Shown: one piece after another, positions 1 to 8,730 of the stretch
How the letters are laid out: every line of letters begins with the position of its first letter
How positions within the stretch are numbered: position 1 is the stretch's first letter
Position numbers and translations under genes: made by a program
NCBI GenBank assembly: GCA_963764165.1
Contig: CAVXRD010000001.1
Location: 128,001-192,000, forward strand
Length of the DNA: 64,000 bases
Origin: an uncultured Verrucomicrobiae bacterium
Lineage (GTDB): Bacteria > Verrucomicrobiota > Verrucomicrobiia > Limisphaerales > Palsa-1400
Direction: 5' to 3'
Notes under the pieces: generated by a model
What the model was told of the DNA's origin: nothing
The model's input: only the letters and a program-made list of their open reading frames with translations
Databases searched by the model: none

Positions 1-111
1 GGCTTCGTCATCGCTTGAATCGGCGATGGTTTTGAAAATAGAGGCATCCGCGGGCGCCGGTTTCGGCCCGCGAATGTAAGCAATGCGCCAGGGCGCGTAC
101 AACGGTTCCAT
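1..111 (-). CDS. HIT-family nucleotide hydrolase, N-terminus only (runs off window)
   Basis: Hand translation from ATG at 111: MEPLYAPWRIAYIRGPKPAPADASIFKTIADSSDDEA, resembling the LxAPWRxxYI N-terminus of bacterial HIT proteins. Not in the ORF track. Confidence 0.7.
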   Translation of the reverse strand, partial: MEPLYAPWRIAYIRGPKPAPADASIFKTIADSSDDEA

Positions 112-200
112 GATGAATGCGTAATTGCGTAATCGCGAATGATACTTCGGCCAATTCCACCGCAAACGCAAGGAGAATTGAGATTCGCGCGTCGGCAAGA

Positions 201-302
201 AAGGTAGCAACGCCTCGCCGAGGCGCCCGGGGACTCTCACAAGGCCGAACGCGCTCGAAAAATGCCACAGCCTCGGACGCCTCGGCGAGGCGTTGCTACC
301 TT
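201..302. repeat. REP-like inverted doublet (REPIN-like)
   Basis: Perfect 25-bp inverted repeat AAGGTAGCAACGCCTCGCCGAGGCG (201-225) / CGCCTCGGCGAGGCGTTGCTACCTT (278-302). GTAG tetranucleotide followed by an internal palindrome. Confidence 0.8.
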
Positions 303-402
303 GCCGGAAGTTTGACACATCCATGTTCCAAATTGCGGCGTTTCTTGTAATTGATTGGAAATCGGCCCGGAATTACCGTTCCATCATTATTGACACGGCA
401 TC

Positions 403-792
403 ATGAAACGGACCAGGCGCAGCAAACGCATCCGGTTGTATTTGATCGGCGGGCTTTCCCTTGGCGCGCTGGCGGGATGCTCGCCGGGTTCCGGGCCGCA
501 GCGCATCAGTTCGGAATGCGTCTACGCGAACAATTATTACCTGCCAGGGGCCGGTTACTATCACGCCCCGTTCGGCGCATGGTATCCTCATCCGTATAAT
601 TATCTGGACCCGCAAACGCATCTTTATTACTACGGCGGGCAATGGGGATCTGCGCCGTTTGTGAGCATTATCAATGTGTCTTCACCCACCGCCCAGATTG
701 CGCAAAACGTGGAGGCCGCGCGCACGGATATTCCGCGCGGCGGCTTCGGCTGCACGGGCGGGCACGGCGGCTACTTTCACACTTATAGCTGA
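403..792 (+). CDS. DUF1190/YgiB-like lipoprotein
   Basis: Lipobox LAGC, C-terminal RGGFG motif, directly upstream of a GspS-family gene as in ygiB-ygiC. Confidence 0.7.
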   Translation: MKRTRRSKRIRLYLIGGLSLGALAGCSPGSGPQRISSECVYANNYYLPGAGYYHAPFGAWYPHPYNYLDPQTHLYYYGGQWGSAPFVSIINVSSPTAQIAQNVEAARTDIPRGGFGCTGGHGGYFHTYS

Positions 793-795
793 CGC

Positions 796-2022
796 ATGCA
801 GCGCCACGTCATCGAGCCAAGGCCGGATTGGATCTCCAAAGTCGAAAGCATTGGCCTCACTTATCATTCGCACGACAACGGGCCATATTGGGACGAATCG
901 GCCTGCTACGAACTCACGGCTCGCGAAGTCGATGTCCTTGAGGCCGCCGCCAACACACTTCATTTTCTTTGCATCGATGCTGCCGAAGCGGTCATCAAAA
1001 ATGATTGGTGGGCGCGGCTGGGAATTCCGAAGGTGGCTGTCCCCGCCATTTTGCGCTCGTGGGAACGTGATGATTTCAGCCTCTACGGACGATTCGATTT
1101 AAGCTTCGACGGCACAAATCCACCGAAGCTGCTCGAATACAACGCCGATACACCGACTGCCCTCGTTGAAGCCTCAGTGGCACAGTGGTTCTGGCTGCAG
1201 GAAACACATCGCGGCGAGGATCAGTTCAATTCCCTTCACGAGCGCCTGATCGCCGCGTGGAAAAAATGGAGCGGCAAGACTATCCACTTCGCGAGCGTCA
1301 AGGAGCATGCCGAGGATGAAATGACGGTGCTCTATTTGCGTGACACCTGCGAGCAGGCGGGCATCCGCACCCGTCCGGTTTGGGTGGAAGACATTGGCTG
1401 GGACGCGGCTCGCCAACAATTTGTCGATCTCGATTTCGGGCCAATTCAGAACTGTTTCAAACTCTATCCCTGGGAATGGCTGTGGCGGGAGGATTTCGGC
1501 GTTCATCTGCTGGGCGATTCCGCAAAATGGATCGAGCCCGCGTGGAAAATGCTCGTTAGCAACAAGGGCCTTCTGCCGATTTTATGGGAACTTTTCCCAA
1601 ACCATCCAAATTTGCTTCCGGCTTATGAACTGGCGGAGCCGTTGCGGGGCCGCTACGTGCAAAAGCCAATTCTGAGCCGCGAAGGCAGCAACGTCACCTG
1701 GGTCGAAGGCGGCGCAATTGTCGAACAAACAGAAGGCGGATACGGACAGGAAGGATTCGTGTATCAAGCCGTCGCGGACACGCCGGAATTTGGCGGACAG
1801 CATCCGGTTTTCGGAGTTTGGGTGGTCGGACGTTTTTTGCCAAAACGTATCGCATCATCGGCCGTGCGGTGCTCGGGATTTCGGATTTTGACGCAACCTA
1901 TTACTGGAACGAATTTTATCTTGAGAGCGCTGGCGGCAAACCGGCGATCCTCGTCTTCGAGGAAGCCGAAACCGGGCCGTCGTGGAAGCTATTCATGCTG
2001 TTTGAACCCGAGCAGCCGATGA
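796..2022 (+). pseudogene. Glutathionylspermidine synthase family ATP-grasp ligase (YgiC-like), native C-terminus lost at about 1828
   Basis: Motifs YWDESACY, YGRFD, KLLEYNADTPT, FKLYPWEW, EPAWKMLVSNKG, KPILSREG. After GVWVV the family GxGIRED...SRFxPH tail is absent and replaced by out-of-frame sequence from the next gene. Confidence 0.75.
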
Positions 2023-2921
2023 CCGCGGAAGAGGCGGCGGCCAAAAGAGTGGACGACATCATTGAATTCGAGGGACGGAGCCTCCGCATTACGCGCGTCG
2101 ACCAATCGAAGGTCTATTACACAGAGGGAAGGACGCCCGAGGGCATATTGACCGGAAGAACCGCCTCATACTTCAACGCCGATGCAGGCGAACACGAACT
2201 CGTCGTAAGCTGGACGGGTGGCGAAGTTGAAATTTATTCGGGCAACACAACTTCGGCCATGATGGTTGCGTCCGCCTTCAGGCTTGAAGGGTTGAGCGCG
2301 CAACGATTTGTCTCCAGCAGCGGGCGGAGTTGGATTAGCGGGAAAATTTTGCGAATCGCCCTGACTTGCATTCTTGTGGCGGTCCTTATTTTCTCGTGCG
2401 TCGCCATCGGATCGCGGCCTCGAACCGCGCCGCCGTCTGAGGTTGTCGCAGCGCCCTCGTCTGATCTCAAAATCGGCCATGCCTGCACTGTCAATCAGAC
2501 GAGTTACAGAATTGTGGGCCGCCGCCTGGTTGAAATGGCGGAAACTGGCCGCCGCTGGCAGCGCCAGGAATTTGACTTGCAAGGGGCGGGCGACGAAATC
2601 GCCTTTCTCGCGCACGAAAAGGGCACGAACGGACCGGAGTGGATATTGTATCGCCAGACTGAAGCGCAAGAGGACCTGACGCCGGCCAAAGCTGCCGCCC
2701 TGCCTGCCGGCGCCGGGATCAAAATCGAAAACCAGACCGCCCATGTCCGGGAGCTTTTCCGCCGCACCGTCAAATCGGCAGATGGCGCGCCGTCCGAAAA
2801 TGCGGGCGACGTCACGTACGGCTTTGTCGCCAGCCTGGATTCAAACACCCCGATATTTGTGTGCTGGAACCAGACCAACGTCGGCTACTGGCAGGGCCGT
2901 CGAAACGCCGTCGTGAAATAG
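1818..2921 (+). CDS. DUF4178-domain membrane protein, probably missing its N-terminus
   Basis: Two repeats of YRIxGR...WxEFxL separated by a TM helix (ILRIALTCILVAVLIFSCVAI). Begins mid-domain with no convincing start codon or RBS. Confidence 0.6.
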   Translation: MGGRTFFAKTYRIIGRAVLGISDFDATYYWNEFYLESAGGKPAILVFEEAETGPSWKLFMLFEPEQPMTAEEAAAKRVDDIIEFEGRSLRITRVDQSKVYYTEGRTPEGILTGRTASYFNADAGEHELVVSWTGGEVEIYSGNTTSAMMVASAFRLEGLSAQRFVSSSGRSWISGKILRIALTCILVAVLIFSCVAIGSRPRTAPPSEVVAAPSSDLKIGHACTVNQTSYRIVGRRLVEMAETGRRWQRQEFDLQGAGDEIAFLAHEKGTNGPEWILYRQTEAQEDLTPAKAAALPAGAGIKIENQTAHVRELFRRTVKSADGAPSENAGDVTYGFVASLDSNTPIFVCWNQTNVGYWQGRRNAVVK

Positions 2922-3008
2922 CCTTGCCCCGGCCAATCCGGGCCGCCACGATTGTGTGGCAATTTCTGTGACGCCAACGTAGATTGGCCAAAACAAGTCG
3001 CCCCAATT

Positions 3009-4646
3009 ATGCGCGCATTCGTGAGAGCCTTTTTGCAAACGGCGAAATTTCTCGCCGTTCTATTATTCCTCTTTTGCACCGTCCGTCCGGCGCGCGCGCA
3101 AAGCAACCTGTGGGCGCTGGCCAAGGAGTTCTCGTCGGTGCATCGCTATTCCACGCTCTTCACCGCGCAGGACACGCTGCATTGCCTGGCGACCGACGCC
3201 GGCATCGACACAGCGATCGAATGGTGCAGGCAATCGGGCATCACGCACGTTTTCATCGAGGAGTTTCGCGATGGATATATTGCGGAACGGGCCACTTTGA
3301 CTCATGCGCGCGATCGTTTTCGCGATGCGGGCTTCGCCGTTTCCGGGTGTGTCACTACGACGATGATCGGCAAACCGTCCAGCGGCTGGGGGCCATCGGT
3401 GGCGTGTTACACGGACATGCCGACGCAGGCGCGATTGCAGGGAGTGTTTGAGTATGCGGCGAGCATGTTCGACGAGATTATTATTGACGATTTTTATTTC
3501 GAGGATTGCAAATGCGCCGCCTGCGACAGCGCCCGCCTGGCCAAGCGCGTCGTCATCGCGGATAAAACCTATCCGGTGCCGAGCGAAAGCTGGGAGGATT
3601 ATCATTGCTCTTTGATGGTGCATCTCTCGGAAGACCGCGTGCTGGGCGCGGCGCGCAAAGTGAATCCGAAGGTGAAGCTCATCATCAAATACCCGCAATG
3701 GTACGATATGTTCCAAGTGCGCGGCTACGACGTTGCCCGCGAGTCGGCGGACTTCGACAAAATCTGGGTCGGAACCGAGACGCGCGATTACACCAATGAA
3801 TTGCATTGGGGCGGCACGGTGCAATACGAAGGTTATTTTCTCATGCGCTGGCTCGGGACGGTGGGCGGCGAAAAAACGGGCGGCGGCTGGTTCGATTGGC
3901 TGGGCACGAGTCCGCCGTATTACATCGAGCAGGCGCGGCAGACCATCCTGGCGGGCGCGAAGGAATCGATGCTCTTCTGCTACGGCGGTTTGAACCCATC
4001 GGCGCACAGCGATTTGCCTGGCTCCATTCCATGGCCGACACCGACGGGCGCGGACGATACGACTGCTCTTCGCGCCAATCTGCCCGAACTTCTCGCCACT
4101 GCGCGCGAAGTTCAGAAGCGCCAGCCTTATGGCGTCGCCATCTACAAGCCCATGAGCAGCAGTGGCGGAACCGAGAACCGAGTTTTCGATTACCTCGGCA
4201 TGATGGGTCTGCCTCTGGTGCCGTGCCACGATTTTCCATCGAATGCTCCCGCCGCCATTTTCACAGTCCACACGTTTGACGACACAAACGCCGCAAACAA
4301 AATCAACGATTACATCAAAGCCGGCCACCAGGTCGTCCTCACGGACAACCTGGCGAAACTGCTCTCTCCGCGGCTCGCCCTTCCCGCACCCAATGTCCGC
4401 GTGACTGGGCTTCCGGAGTATCTGGATTATTTGCTGATGCAGCCGCAAGATCATTTGGACCAGTGGCGCGATTTTTTGTTGAAGGGTCTGAACGTCACCT
4501 TGAAAGCGCCGGACAAGGTCGCGCTGTATCTCTTCAAGCCCAACGGCTGGGTTATCGAAAATTTCAACAACGACGCCGTCACCGTCGAGTTCAATGGGCA
4601 ATCCATGAAAATCGCCGGGCGTGGCTGGGTTTGCCATTGGGAATAA
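3009..4646 (+). CDS. Secreted hypothetical protein, possibly glycoside-hydrolase-like TIM barrel
   Basis: Signal peptide ending ARA-Q. Motifs IIIDDFYFEDCKCAAC, KLIIKYPQWYD, WVGTETRD. Function not assignable. Confidence 0.5.
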   Translation: MRAFVRAFLQTAKFLAVLLFLFCTVRPARAQSNLWALAKEFSSVHRYSTLFTAQDTLHCLATDAGIDTAIEWCRQSGITHVFIEEFRDGYIAERATLTHARDRFRDAGFAVSGCVTTTMIGKPSSGWGPSVACYTDMPTQARLQGVFEYAASMFDEIIIDDFYFEDCKCAACDSARLAKRVVIADKTYPVPSESWEDYHCSLMVHLSEDRVLGAARKVNPKVKLIIKYPQWYDMFQVRGYDVARESADFDKIWVGTETRDYTNELHWGGTVQYEGYFLMRWLGTVGGEKTGGGWFDWLGTSPPYYIEQARQTILAGAKESMLFCYGGLNPSAHSDLPGSIPWPTPTGADDTTALRANLPELLATAREVQKRQPYGVAIYKPMSSSGGTENRVFDYLGMMGLPLVPCHDFPSNAPAAIFTVHTFDDTNAANKINDYIKAGHQVVLTDNLAKLLSPRLALPAPNVRVTGLPEYLDYLLMQPQDHLDQWRDFLLKGLNVTLKAPDKVALYLFKPNGWVIENFNNDAVTVEFNGQSMKIAGRGWVCHWE

Positions 4647-4654
4647 ATTTTTAT

Positions 4655-7600
4655 TTACAGCACTTCGGCGCGTGGTTCGCTGGCACGGACACCAAGATTT
4701 CCGTAACGGTGGTAATCGGTGCTGATGCTCTGTTCGTGCAAATACCACAACATCTCCAGCCTGCCTTCAGCGGAAACCGGGACGCGAATCACGCACCCGC
4801 CCGCCTCGGCGCCAGCGCGCACTATGATTTCGCCAATGCCATCGTCCGAAGCGTAGCGAACGCGGTCCGCCTGCCCTTCGCGAATGGCGATTGCCAGTTG
4901 CTCGTCCGATTCCTCGACGAACTCAATCGCCGCAGCCCATGTTTCCGTCACCTGCTCCAGCAACCGCACGGCTGACGACTTGGTATCCGGAGGCACGCTG
5001 ACCGTCACACGCGAACCCGCGACATGCGCGGCGCAGGCGCGGACGAAAATATCGAATGCGGTGTCATCAGGAGCGATGCGCACGCGAACATTCTCCAATG
5101 GAACGTAACGCCGCACGTTGTCCTGGCCGACGAGTCTAAAGTGGTCGTGCTCCTTGCCGAATTCTTCGCGCGCCGCCGTTTCACAGCTCAGAATCGCGGC
5201 AATTATTCGGTCGCTCTCGGCGTGCTTTGCCGCGCGCAATCCGTCATGGATTGCCCTCAGCGCGGGAGTCGACGGGGCACCGGGAATTTTTGCCGGGGGC
5301 ACATCGGTGAAGTTCATCAATTGCGCGACGTAATTCGGCCCGCCCGCCTTCATCCCCGCACCGAAACAGGATTTGCCCATTCCGCCGAATGGCTGGCGCA
5401 AAACAACGGCGCCAGTGGTGACGCGGTTGATATACAAATTGCCCGCGCGGATGTGGCGCTTCCAGTAATCCCATTCGCGCTCGTCCAGACTTTCGAGACC
5501 GCTGGTGAGCCCGAAGCCCGTTTGATTGACAATCGCCACCGCCTGGCGGAGATCTGAGAAACGCATCACCGCCAGCACCGGCCCGAAAAACTCCGTCAGG
5601 TGGGTGAAGCTGCCAGGGCGCGCGCCGTACTTGATGCCGGGAGTCCAAAGGCACGGATTTCCGTCAATCGGCTGCGGCATCAAAGCCCATTCTTCGCCCG
5701 GCTCCAGGACTTTAAGCGCAATCGCCAGATCACCGGCAGGCGGACGGATCAGCGGGCCCATTTTCGTATCCAGCTCCCACGCGGAGCCGACCTTCAAACT
5801 TTGCGCCGCCTCGCACAGCCCGCGGCGAAATTCGCGGTCTTCGTAAACTTCGTCCTGCAAGAGCAGCAGCGACGTCGCGGAGCATTTTTGCCCCGCATGG
5901 CTGAAGGCGGAATGCAAAATGTGTTTGACGGCTTGGTCGCGATCGGAGACGGCGGTCACGATGGTGGCGTTCTTGCCGCCGGTTTCGGCCAGGAGATGGA
6001 GACGAGGATTGTCGCGCAGCATTGCCAGCGCCGTTTCCGTTCCGCCTGTCAAAATAACGGTGGAAACTTTCGGATGGCTGACCAGCGTTTTCCCCTCGGT
6101 CGCCCCCGCGCAGGGCACGAATTGGAGAGTGTTCCTTGAGACGCCCGCATTCCAGAAGCATTGGCAGAATTGCCACGCGGTCAGCACAGTATCGGAGGCC
6201 GGTTTCAGTATGACGGTATTGCCCGCCGCCAGCGCCGCTGCAACGCCGCCGCACGGGATCGCGATGGGAAAATTCCATGGCGACACCACCACCACCACGC
6301 CTTTGCCGCTGGCTTTGAGCGTCGGCCGCTCCTGCCACCAACGCGCTGTATCGCGATAGAATTCCAGAAAATCGATGGCTTCGGAAACTTCCGGATCGGA
6401 TTCGGGCAGCGTTTTGCCGCCCTCTCCCAGGGCCGCGCCCATAAGATCGCCGCGACTCTCCCGCAGCTCTTGCGCAACGCGTCCTAAAATTTCCCATCGC
6501 TCGGCGGGCGCTTTTGCGCGCCATCCGTCCGGATCGGCATTGGCCACTTCGACAGCGCGGGCGATGTCCTCCGCGTTCGCCTGCCGGTATTTCGCCACCA
6601 CCACCCCGGCGCGCGACGGGTCAATCCGTGAACGCAGATCGCGACCGCGAAAAATTTCCTCCCCTGCGATAACCAGCGGAATTTCCGGGGCTTTGTCGCC
6701 GCAAAGCGGCTCCCACTTGTCAATGATTTGACGCGCCCATTCTCCATTGGCGCGAAGCGCGAAATCCGTGTCGGCCTCGTTTTCCAAATGCTGCCAGCCC
6801 CCGGCCACCGCGTTGATTTGGGCGGGCGGATTCTGGCGGTTTTGCGTCCGGCGCGGCGCGGCGCTTGTGTTCGGAATGGCGTCGAAGGCCGCGAGAAAGC
6901 CCTGTTCAAGCTTTTCCCATTCGGGCGTGCCAGCTTTGATTTTGAAAGCGTAGCGGAGGAAATTTTCCGGCCCCGTGTTCTCGTCGAGCCGCCGGATGAG
7001 ATAGCCGATGGCGTTGAGAAAATGCTCCTTTTTGCACGCGGGCGCGTAAAGAAGCAGGTTGCGCGACAATTCAAAAAGCGCGCGGCGCTGATGATTCGCC
7101 ATGCCCTCGAGCATTTCAAATTGGACGCGCTCAAAAGCATCGCGCTCGTGCGTCAAGACGAGTCCGTAGGCTAGGTCAAATAAATTGTGGGACGCAATGC
7201 CAACATATGCGGCCGCCAGATTCTCGGGCAGCAACAACTCATGCACCATGCGTTTGTAATTCGCGTCCGTCTCGATCTTCGTCCGATAAGGCGCTTGCGG
7301 CCATCCGTGCAGCGATGAGTCCACCCGTTCGCTTTCCATGTTCGCGCCCTTGACGAGCCGGATGGTGATCGGCGCCCCACCCGCCGCCACGCGCGCGCGG
7401 GCCCACTTCAGGATTTCCTGCATCGTGCCAAACGAATCGGGAATGTAAGCCTGCAGCGCGATGCCCGCGCGAACCTGCTTCAAACCCGGCCGTCCCAGGC
7501 AGCGCATGAAGGCTTCCGCCGTCAGATCCTTGTCGCGATACTCCTCCATGTCGAGGTAGACGAATTTGGAAACGACCGTGCCGTCTGAGCGGGTGAATCG

Positions 7601-8293
7601 CGCCCGCTCTGCTGTCAAGAACAATCTTTCCAGCCGGTCGCACAGAGTGGCGACCGTGTGCTCGCGAGAGAGCGCCGAGATTTGCGAGTAAACCGTCGAA
7701 ATCTTAATTGAGACAACTTCTGTTTCCGGCCATTGCAATCCGAGGAGGTATTGCTGCAAGCGGCGTTCGGCCTCGGGCTCGCTCAAAATGGTTTCGCCGA
7801 GAAAATTGACGTTCATGCGAACGCCTTCGCGCGTGCGCTCGGAAAGATGCTGCACGAGCAGTTCCTTTTCGCCGGGAAGGATGACATTCGCGGTCTCTTT
7901 CTGCATGTGCTCCTTGACCATCGGCAGCGCCACGCCCGGCATGAAATTGCCGAACGATTGAAAGCCCTTCATGAGCGTGCGATCCACCGGCCCGAAAAAC
8001 CTCGGCACACCCTGGACATCCAGAATGTGAATCAAATGCTCGACCGCGCGATGCGGATCGCTGGCGCGAAAAGCCTGGTCGGTCATCTGCGCGAGGGTCG
8101 CCTTGTCAGACGGCGTTTGCAGCATGCGGTCCAGCTCGGCCTGCTGGCGTTTTTCCGGAGCGGTTTGCAGAGCGGTAGCGCGCTCCTGCAAGTGGGTGGC
8201 CAAGTACAAAGCTTTCTGAACCGAAACGGGGTGTTTCGATTTCTTGTCCGGCACGAAGTCTGCGAACAACTGATCCAAAGGCAGGGCATTCAT
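4655..8293 (-). CDS. putA: Bifunctional proline dehydrogenase / P5C dehydrogenase
   Basis: PRODH motifs (LDMEEY, IRLVKGA, ASHN, YLIRRLDEN) and ALDH motifs (SPWNFP, AETGGKN, GQKCSA, EFFGP, QPFGG). Confidence 0.95.
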   Translation of the reverse strand: MNALPLDQLFADFVPDKKSKHPVSVQKALYLATHLQERATALQTAPEKRQQAELDRMLQTPSDKATLAQMTDQAFRASDPHRAVEHLIHILDVQGVPRFFGPVDRTLMKGFQSFGNFMPGVALPMVKEHMQKETANVILPGEKELLVQHLSERTREGVRMNVNFLGETILSEPEAERRLQQYLLGLQWPETEVVSIKISTVYSQISALSREHTVATLCDRLERLFLTAERARFTRSDGTVVSKFVYLDMEEYRDKDLTAEAFMRCLGRPGLKQVRAGIALQAYIPDSFGTMQEILKWARARVAAGGAPITIRLVKGANMESERVDSSLHGWPQAPYRTKIETDANYKRMVHELLLPENLAAAYVGIASHNLFDLAYGLVLTHERDAFERVQFEMLEGMANHQRRALFELSRNLLLYAPACKKEHFLNAIGYLIRRLDENTGPENFLRYAFKIKAGTPEWEKLEQGFLAAFDAIPNTSAAPRRTQNRQNPPAQINAVAGGWQHLENEADTDFALRANGEWARQIIDKWEPLCGDKAPEIPLVIAGEEIFRGRDLRSRIDPSRAGVVVAKYRQANAEDIARAVEVANADPDGWRAKAPAERWEILGRVAQELRESRGDLMGAALGEGGKTLPESDPEVSEAIDFLEFYRDTARWWQERPTLKASGKGVVVVVSPWNFPIAIPCGGVAAALAAGNTVILKPASDTVLTAWQFCQCFWNAGVSRNTLQFVPCAGATEGKTLVSHPKVSTVILTGGTETALAMLRDNPRLHLLAETGGKNATIVTAVSDRDQAVKHILHSAFSHAGQKCSATSLLLLQDEVYEDREFRRGLCEAAQSLKVGSAWELDTKMGPLIRPPAGDLAIALKVLEPGEEWALMPQPIDGNPCLWTPGIKYGARPGSFTHLTEFFGPVLAVMRFSDLRQAVAIVNQTGFGLTSGLESLDEREWDYWKRHIRAGNLYINRVTTGAVVLRQPFGGMGKSCFGAGMKAGGPNYVAQLMNFTDVPPAKIPGAPSTPALRAIHDGLRAAKHAESDRIIAAILSCETAAREEFGKEHDHFRLVGQDNVRRYVPLENVRVRIAPDDTAFDIFVRACAAHVAGSRVTVSVPPDTKSSAVRLLEQVTETWAAAIEFVEESDEQLAIAIREGQADRVRYASDDGIGEIIVRAGAEAGGCVIRVPVSAEGRLEMLWYLHEQSISTDYHRYGNLGVRASEPRAEVL

Positions 8294-8585
8294 AATTTCC
8301 TTCCAACCTTTTCGATGCCGCCGTTCGCCTCCAAGGTCAATGGCAAATGTATTGAATCTGGAACGACCGAACTCAGGAACGGAGGGTCAAATTCCAGCAA
8401 GTGCGAATCGGGTTTCTTGAATTGCGGTCTGCTTATAGGACCATTAAACCCAACCGAGAGGCCAATCGGCATATCCGCCTCTTGTCCGGTTCCCCGACGA
8501 TTTCGGTCGACTAGCAGTGGCCTTGGCCTGAGCGGATCAAAGTCGCTGTCACACGCATCGTCAATGGCCTGCCAAAGGGAAATGA

Positions 8586-8637
8586 CTCTCGCGCAGAGAA
8601 GATGAGCGTGCGGAGAAACAAAAGACAAATCCGCACT
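8586..8637 (+). repeat. Dispersed ~50-bp intergenic repeat, copy 1 (others at 12100-12144 and 14423-14473)
   Basis: Consensus GCAGAGAAGATGAGtGcGCaGAG..A.ACAAA.G.CAAATCCGCA is visible in three intergenic regions. Confidence 0.75.
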
Positions 8638-8730
8638 CTGGAAACACCGAGGAACCTCTTTTCCTGAGTTCGCTCATTCCAGATTATAAATCGCCCCCCT
8701 GAGTTTTCTTTTTTCCAAAATCTCGTATCT

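Noticed and set aside
3063..4748. 561-aa antisense ORF and similar long shadow ORFs over putA, ahcY, rhs and cas3
   Set aside because: No motifs; expected opposite high-GC genes.
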